Part shown: positions 58,726-64,000 of the stretch, in pieces | Position numbering within the stretch: position 1 is the first letter of the stretch | Layout of the letters: every line of letters starts with the position of its first letter | Origin: an uncultured Candidatus Saccharibacteria bacterium | Lineage (GTDB): Bacteria; Patescibacteriota; Saccharimonadia; Saccharimonadales; JACDBH01 | Direction: 5' to 3' | DNA length: 64,000 bases | Assembly (NCBI GenBank): GCA_964641015.1 | Contig: CAZXJN010000001.1 | Location: forward strand, 42,733-106,732 | Position numbers and translations under genes: made by a program | Notes under the pieces: model-generated | Told to the model about the DNA's origin: nothing | The model's input: only the letters and a program-made list of their open reading frames with translations | The model's database searches: none

Positions 58726-59646
58726 CTACGGACGAGCCTTGCCTGCTGATCCAAACAGATTGATTTTTTCTTCTACGACATTGGAAATTGCGGCAATAAC
58801 CTCTGGCATGAGCTTCATGACTGCGTATTCGTCAGGATTCTCGCGCAAAACTTTTTCGAGCGTATCACGGAACGCTATACGCATATCTGAATTGATATTC
58901 ACCTTGCTGACGCCAATACGAGCTGCCTCCTCAAAAAAATGGCCTGGAGTACCGCTGCCGCCGTGCAAGGATATCTGGCAGTCGATTGCGTCACGCACCT
59001 GGCGCAACAGATCCAAATCCAGCTGCTTGGGCACCGGATAGCTGCCATGCAGATTGCCGACCGCTGCAGCGAACGTATCGATTCCGGTTGCTTCTACAAA
59101 CTGCCGTGCGCCTTCCGGCGTGCTAAATGTCTTTTTGATTTCTTCATAATCAAATGCTTCGTCGTGTACATTGGAGCTGCCGCCAAAATAATGCGGTTCG
59201 CTCTCAACCAGCGCGCCAGTAAATTTAGCGTACTCGACCACCTCTTTTGTTTTGGCAATGATTTCCTCAAGCGGCGCTTCGCGATCCGCCTGGGAAATAT
59301 CAATATGTATAAACTCATAGCCGGCATCGATGGCTGCTTTGGCGCTTTCGACAGTCGGCGCATGGTCAAGGTTGATGTAGATTTCGATACCGTACTCTGC
59401 TCGATAGTTATCTACCATGCAGCGCAAGTTCTCTATGCCGATCGCCTTGACTTCGCCATCGCTGACCTCTACCATCACTGGGCTATTGGTCCGCTTCGCT
59501 GCCTGCACAATAGCGATCAGCGTCTCTTGGTTGTCTATATTAAATGCCCCGACTGCAAAGCGCTCCTCACGCGAACGGCGCATAAGATCACGCGCCCTGC
59601 TTGTGTTATACCTGATTCGTGAAATTGATTGTGACACTTGTCCCAC
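58726..59646 (-). CDS. fba: Class II fructose-bisphosphate aldolase
   Basis: AVGAFN, NLDHA, GNLHG, LHGGSG and KVNINS motifs. Confidence 0.92.
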   Translation of the reverse strand: MGQVSQSISRIRYNTSRARDLMRRSREERFAVGAFNIDNQETLIAIVQAAKRTNSPVMVEVSDGEVKAIGIENLRCMVDNYRAEYGIEIYINLDHAPTVESAKAAIDAGYEFIHIDISQADREAPLEEIIAKTKEVVEYAKFTGALVESEPHYFGGSSNVHDEAFDYEEIKKTFSTPEGARQFVEATGIDTFAAAVGNLHGSYPVPKQLDLDLLRQVRDAIDCQISLHGGSGTPGHFFEEAARIGVSKVNINSDMRIAFRDTLEKVLRENPDEYAVMKLMPEVIAAISNVVEEKINLFGSAGKARP

Positions 59647-59708
59647 CCTCTTTTTTACATGTTTCGTACGTTACGCTTATGGTAGCACACCTACACCCTA
59701 TTAAAAAC

Positions 59709-60602
59709 TTAGGCCCAAAAAATAATAAACAACCCCACAAGGGACAGGGCGGCGGCTGCCAGCTTTTTGTAGTAAAAGCGCCGTTCGCCAAGCAGCCAAC
59801 CAGCCAGCACCGCTACAATAATAATTCGGAAGTTCGACACTACCATCATCAGTGACAGGTTGTCGCTGGCCCGCAACGCATAGAGAAACAGCAGTGCCGC
59901 CCCTACCCGAAGCACCCCAACCGACATCGCACTGCGGATAATAAACTTGTCTTTGATAATCCGCTTTGATTTGTTGCCAAATAGCACAAACAGCCCAATA
60001 CCTACCGATGCCTGCAGCAGCCAGCCGAATGCCACAAAGTTGCCAATACCGATATTGGTTACCAGTACCTTCTCCATGATATGCCCGAGCGCCATAGATA
60101 GGCTCGACACCATAATGTACAGCGCACCTTTGATCCAGGGCAGATCCCTAAAATCCACGAACCGCTGCCGGTTGCGCGCCAAGAGCAGTACATACAAGAT
60201 ACAGGGTACCAGCACCGCCGTACCCACCAGCTGCATGGCCGATAGCTGCTCCTGGAACACAATTCTGGCAAACAATAGCGTAAACAGTGCGCTGGAGGTA
60301 GCCAAAACTGCAGCAGTAGCACTTTCGAGATATACCAGGGCACGATAAAGGTAAAAGAGCCCAAAATTAAAAAACACCGCACTGGCTATCAGATATGGTG
60401 CATATTCTCTAGCTACCCCAAAGTTTACACCGCCAATAAACGGCAGCAGCATCACGCCTGCAACAAACAGCGAAGCAAACGTGATAGCATTGACAAATAG
60501 AGCAGCAGAACGGGCGTGCTTGATACGAGCAATGCTCCGTGCCTGCAGCGTACCCATCGCAGAGAAAAAGGCGTGCAGTACTATCAGCGCTTCCCAGCCC
60601 AT
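59709..60602 (-). CDS. DMT/EamA family transporter
   Basis: About 10 TM helices in two repeats; 'FQEQL' and 'LLGER' motifs. Confidence 0.85.
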   Translation of the reverse strand: MGWEALIVLHAFFSAMGTLQARSIARIKHARSAALFVNAITFASLFVAGVMLLPFIGGVNFGVAREYAPYLIASAVFFNFGLFYLYRALVYLESATAAVLATSSALFTLLFARIVFQEQLSAMQLVGTAVLVPCILYVLLLARNRQRFVDFRDLPWIKGALYIMVSSLSMALGHIMEKVLVTNIGIGNFVAFGWLLQASVGIGLFVLFGNKSKRIIKDKFIIRSAMSVGVLRVGAALLFLYALRASDNLSLMMVVSNFRIIIVAVLAGWLLGERRFYYKKLAAAALSLVGLFIIFWA

Positions 60603-60620
60603 CTTTTATCCTTTTTTACT

Positions 60621-61592
60621 TTACGACTTTTTATCAACCGCCTGGTGCGCGGCAAGCATGATGTGCTTTGGTGTCAGACCAAATTTTTCGTATAGCTCGT
60701 CAGGAGATCCGGACTCGCCGAATTTGTCTTTGACGGCGACACGCACCATAGGCGTGGGCAGCTCTTCTGCCAAAAGCTCTGCTACTGCACCGCCAAGGCC
60801 TCCGGTCAGCTGGTGCTCCTCAATAGTTACGACGCAGCCTGTTTTTTTGGCGCTTTTTAGAATAGTCTCGTCATCAAGCGGCTTGATGGTAGGCACATGA
60901 ACTACTTCAGCATCTATACCGTCTCGAGCCAGTTTTTCGGCGGCTACTAACGTATTGTAGGTCATGATACCAGTAGAGATCAGGCTTACGTCCTTGCCCT
61001 CTTTGAGTACATACGCCTTGCCGATCTCAAACGGCGTGTCTGCAGTCGTAAAAATAGGGGAAGCTTCGCGCGCCAGACGCATATAGTTAGGGCGCTTGTC
61101 CTTTGCCATGGCAATCGTCATTTTTTCTGCCTCGAGCGCATCGCCAGGCGCTAGCACCACCATGTTCGGCAGAGCACGCATTATAGCTAGATCTTCGAGC
61201 ATCTGGTGGGTTGCACCGTCGGGCCCCACGCTGAGGCCCGCGTGCGAACCGACAATCTTCACTGGCATTTCATTCAGGCAAGCTGTGGTTCGAATCTGCT
61301 CCCAGTTGCGTCCTGGGCTGAATGCCGCATAGCTGCTCACAAAAGGTATTTTGCCAATCGCAGCCATTCCGGCGCCCACCGTCGCTAGGTTTTGCTCGGC
61401 AATACCGACCTCAACAAACCGATGCGGAAATGCCTCTTTGAACAAGCTGATCTGGGTTGATTCAGTCAGGTCCGCGCATAGGGCAACCACTTGCTCATTC
61501 TGCTCGCCGGCAGCCTTGAGGCCACGGCCAAACCCTTTTCTGGTCGGCTCCTTGGTAAGTTCACCGCTAAGATCAGCTAAATGCAAATTCAT
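60621..61592 (-). CDS. Transketolase, C-terminal subunit
   Basis: ADL, VGIAEQN, GPDGATHQ and EEH motifs. Confidence 0.93.
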   Translation of the reverse strand: MNLHLADLSGELTKEPTRKGFGRGLKAAGEQNEQVVALCADLTESTQISLFKEAFPHRFVEVGIAEQNLATVGAGMAAIGKIPFVSSYAAFSPGRNWEQIRTTACLNEMPVKIVGSHAGLSVGPDGATHQMLEDLAIMRALPNMVVLAPGDALEAEKMTIAMAKDKRPNYMRLAREASPIFTTADTPFEIGKAYVLKEGKDVSLISTGIMTYNTLVAAEKLARDGIDAEVVHVPTIKPLDDETILKSAKKTGCVVTIEEHQLTGGLGGAVAELLAEELPTPMVRVAVKDKFGESGSPDELYEKFGLTPKHIMLAAHQAVDKKS

Positions 61593-61710
61593 AACCCCTC
61601 CTTAGACTAAAGTGAATACTCTCAATTCGAAGGGGTAAGCAAGCGCCATGGGCTGAACGAAGTTCACCCATAAAGCGCCCCTGAGAATGAGAATACGAAC
61701 GACTACTCAT
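61573..61710 (-). other. 45-codon bridge ORF across a hairpin between the transketolase subunit genes
   Basis: MSSRSYSHSQGRFMGELRSAHGACLPLRIESIHFSLRRGYEFAFS*; overlaps both flanking genes; SD GAGGGG upstream. Confidence 0.5.
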
Positions 61711-62596
61711 AATACCCCTCGCTCTTGATCCTGCCGCGCAGAGTACGCAAATCCTTGAGTGCGACCTTGGCTTGGTCAGCCTTTGCGGGATCACCGGATA
61801 CATCATTTAGCCCCGGCGGCATCCCGTGCCAGCGGTAGTCATACTCCATATAGCCGACGTCTTTTCCTGGAATAGTATGAGCGATAATGACTGTCGGCCG
61901 GTCCGCTACCGCCCGCGCCATCGAGCAAGCATCAATAATCGCCTCTATGTTATGCCCGTCAATTTCTATGACATGCCAGCCAAAACCTTCCCACTTCATC
62001 TTTAGGTCGTCGAGCGGCATCACCTCTTCGGTTGGACCATCAATCTGGATGTAGTTGCGATCGACAATACCGATCAGATTATGAAGCTTGTACTTGGCGG
62101 CAAACATCGCTGCTTCCCAGATGTTTCCTTCGTTCAGCTCGCCGTCGCCCATCATGGCATACACCCAGCGATGCGTATCCTGATTCATTCGAAGCGCCAG
62201 CGCCATACCAGCCGCCTGGCTCAGCCCCTCACCTAAAGGTCCGCTGGTGGTCTCTAGTCCAGGCAAAAGTACTCGCTCCGGGTGGCCCTGCAAGCGCGTG
62301 CCGAACTTGCGCAGGGTCATCAGCTCCTTACGATCGAAGTATCCGGCATGCGCCATAGTAGCATAGAGCACGGGTGCAGTGTGGCCGTTGCTTAGGATAA
62401 ACAGGTCCCGTTTGTCCCAATCTGGCTTTTTTGGATCATGCCTCATTACATCAAAATATAAAGCTGTGAGAATGTCAGCCATGCCGAGCGGGCCAGCCGA
62501 GTGCCCTGAACCAGCCTCTTCGAGCATGCGGATAATATCCTGGCGGATTTCGTTTGCCTTGAGTTCAAGTTCGTGCAGCGTCAGATGTTCGTCCAT
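61703..62596 (-). CDS. Transketolase, N-terminal subunit
   Basis: SGH, LSNGH, LQGHP and GDGELNEG TPP-binding motifs. Confidence 0.93.
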   Translation of the reverse strand: MDEHLTLHELELKANEIRQDIIRMLEEAGSGHSAGPLGMADILTALYFDVMRHDPKKPDWDKRDLFILSNGHTAPVLYATMAHAGYFDRKELMTLRKFGTRLQGHPERVLLPGLETTSGPLGEGLSQAAGMALALRMNQDTHRWVYAMMGDGELNEGNIWEAAMFAAKYKLHNLIGIVDRNYIQIDGPTEEVMPLDDLKMKWEGFGWHVIEIDGHNIEAIIDACSMARAVADRPTVIIAHTIPGKDVGYMEYDYRWHGMPPGLNDVSGDPAKADQAKVALKDLRTLRGRIKSEGYYE

Positions 62597-62611
62597 TTTA
62601 TCTCTTTTTGT

Positions 62612-63238
62612 TTAACTGATACCTGCCACTAGTATACCATAAGCAGCTTCGGGATCAGCTGCCTTCTGGATTGCTCCGCCTACGTTCAGCACATCTACGC
62701 CGCCCTCCATCAATGTTCGAGCGGTTCCTTCGTTGACACCACCGTCCCAGCCTATCTCTAGGTCAGGTTTTAATCCCTTTAGCTGCTGCACTTTATCGAG
62801 CAGCTCCAAATCAGCCTTGCCCCCGTAGTAGCCAAGGTCACCGCTAAAGACCAGTACATGATCAATATTATTTAGATGCGGTTTGATGATGTCTGCAGGC
62901 GTGTCTTTGAGCAAGGCCACCCCGCGGTGAATGCCCAGCCCGCTAAGCTCGCGAAGGAACTCCCACGCTCCATTAGCCTCTGCATGCACAATGGCTAAGT
63001 TAGGCTGGTGCATTATCACTGTCTCAAGATGCTCTAATGGCTTCTGGTACATGATATGGAAATCTATCAGCATACCGACTGGCCACCAGGCTTCTTCAAT
63101 CGGCTCAAGCTTAGTGGGGGCAAACACTCCGTCAGCAAAATCAATATGAATCCGCTCAGCAAATTCAGCAACCCGCTCAATCGCTTCACGATACTCTCGT
63201 GAGCTTGCACCCATTACCGTTGGACATATGACTGCCAT
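62612..63238 (-). CDS. rpe: Ribulose-phosphate 3-epimerase
   Basis: HIDFADGVFAP, DFHIM, WDGGVN and GVDVLNVGG motifs; start at 63238 or 63253. Confidence 0.88.
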   Translation of the reverse strand: MAVICPTVMGASSREYREAIERVAEFAERIHIDFADGVFAPTKLEPIEEAWWPVGMLIDFHIMYQKPLEHLETVIMHQPNLAIVHAEANGAWEFLRELSGLGIHRGVALLKDTPADIIKPHLNNIDHVLVFSGDLGYYGGKADLELLDKVQQLKGLKPDLEIGWDGGVNEGTARTLMEGGVDVLNVGGAIQKAADPEAAYGILVAGIS

Positions 63239-63433
63239 CTTACCACCAAGCATAACCGAAAATACGGTACAAACAAAGTCCTAACTTGCCTCTTGCAAAA
63301 CTGTCGTTTAGGGATATTCTATAAACACCTGAATGTTCTATGTGTGGTGTTCTTGATTATAAGAATATACGAACTGAACCACACAATAGTCCCCGCACAA
63401 ACAAAGCCTGCATAGTTCAGGTTGCGGGCAGCA

Positions 63434-63475
63434 TTGACAAAAGTATTATATTATGATACAATGGTAAAATAGGGT
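63434..63475 (+). promoter_or_regulatory. Orphan consensus promoter, ATAGGGT family
   Basis: TTGACA-17-TACAAT-6-ATAGGGT, convergent on the 63486 gene. Confidence 0.75.
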
Positions 63476-63485
63476 CTTTAATGCC

Positions 63486-64000
63486 CTAGTCCACTATCGT
63501 GTTGTCTGTCGCCACGATGCTTTGGAGCATTTTGACAAACTCTTCGTCCCCGGCAATATCGTCCCAACCAAGCCTGTCGACATTCATAAGCCCTGCCTCT
63601 GGTGAATCAAATATACCAAAGTCCGCAAGGTAGTGCGAGGGACCAGCTATATTGCAAGTATTGGTGCCAGATTGGCCTTCCTGAAGCAATATGTGTTTGT
63701 CGTGGTACGCAATATCAGACTGTATTTTACCCAGGTATTCGATCTTCAGCCTGTACGACCCATCGCCTCCTTTGTACTCTGTAAAGTAAAGCCCTTCGGT
63801 GCTGGTTGGTATTTTTTTGTAGAGGGTGTAAGGGATTTCATTATTTTCGCACGCGCCGCCTCGACCGCCCACATCATAGATATGTAAATAGTGGCCGGCG
63901 TTCGAGCCAATCACGAGACGATTGAGCGTCGTGCCTTGGCCGTACTCGGTTGAATCCTGGAGCACTTCCCAGTCTGCAGGATGTTCAACTGCGACCATTG
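63486..64000 (-). CDS. Hypothetical (probably secreted) protein, 3' part
   Basis: Open frame running to the window edge; HPADW and GGRGGAC motifs resemble the 54543 protein type. Confidence 0.65.
   Translation of the reverse strand, partial: MVAVEHPADWEVLQDSTEYGQGTTLNRLVIGSNAGHYLHIYDVGGRGGACENNEIPYTLYKKIPTSTEGLYFTEYKGGDGSYRLKIEYLGKIQSDIAYHDKHILLQEGQSGTNTCNIAGPSHYLADFGIFDSPEAGLMNVDRLGWDDIAGDEEFVKMLQSIVATDNTIVD

Noticed and set aside
1-64000. CRISPR array, transposase, integrase, intein or group I/II intron; TGA recoding
   Set aside because: No regularly spaced repeats and no such motifs were seen; dnaE, rpoB and rpoC are uninterrupted; TGA ends gatC and rnhB at the expected positions.

Overview
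A 64 kb core-genome segment from a reduced-genome bacterium. Gene content and protein style point to Candidatus Saccharibacteria (TM7, Patescibacteria/CPR); this is inferred, not searched. Genetic code 11 is used (TGA is a stop). Most genes lie on the minus strand: fusA (partial), rpsG, rpsL, rpoC, rpoB, clpP, tig, hisS, tRNA-Leu(TAG), rsmD, recG, tyrS, radA, clpC, nusA, yraN-rnhB-rplS, a PilB/GspE ATPase, dnaE, gatC-gatA-orf-gatB-galU, uvrB and an rpe-tkt-tkt-EamA-fba-pfkB sugar cluster. A class A PBP, pepN, malic enzyme, a TrmH-family and a CAP-domain gene and a LOG-family gene lie on the plus strand. I found no CRISPR array, transposase, integrase or rRNA. The unusual signal is intergenic. 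(1) Palindromic or heptamer-repeat inserts inside operons are spanned by short non-homologous 'bridge' ORFs. Two of these overlap the upstream stop and the downstream start by exact ATGA 4-mers, so translational coupling is preserved. (2) At least five near-consensus sigma70 promoters share the layout TTGAC(A/T)-N17/18-TAnAAT-N6-ATAGGGT, and most fire into the 3' end of a convergent gene with no ORF of their own. (3) A compact island at 38.2-39.2 kb has a structured leader, a 50-aa membrane peptide, a 58-aa zinc ribbon and further structured elements. (4) Many genes appear leaderless, clpP and clpC carry CIRCE operators, nusA has a 5' terminator, and RpoC has lost the cysteines of both zinc sites.
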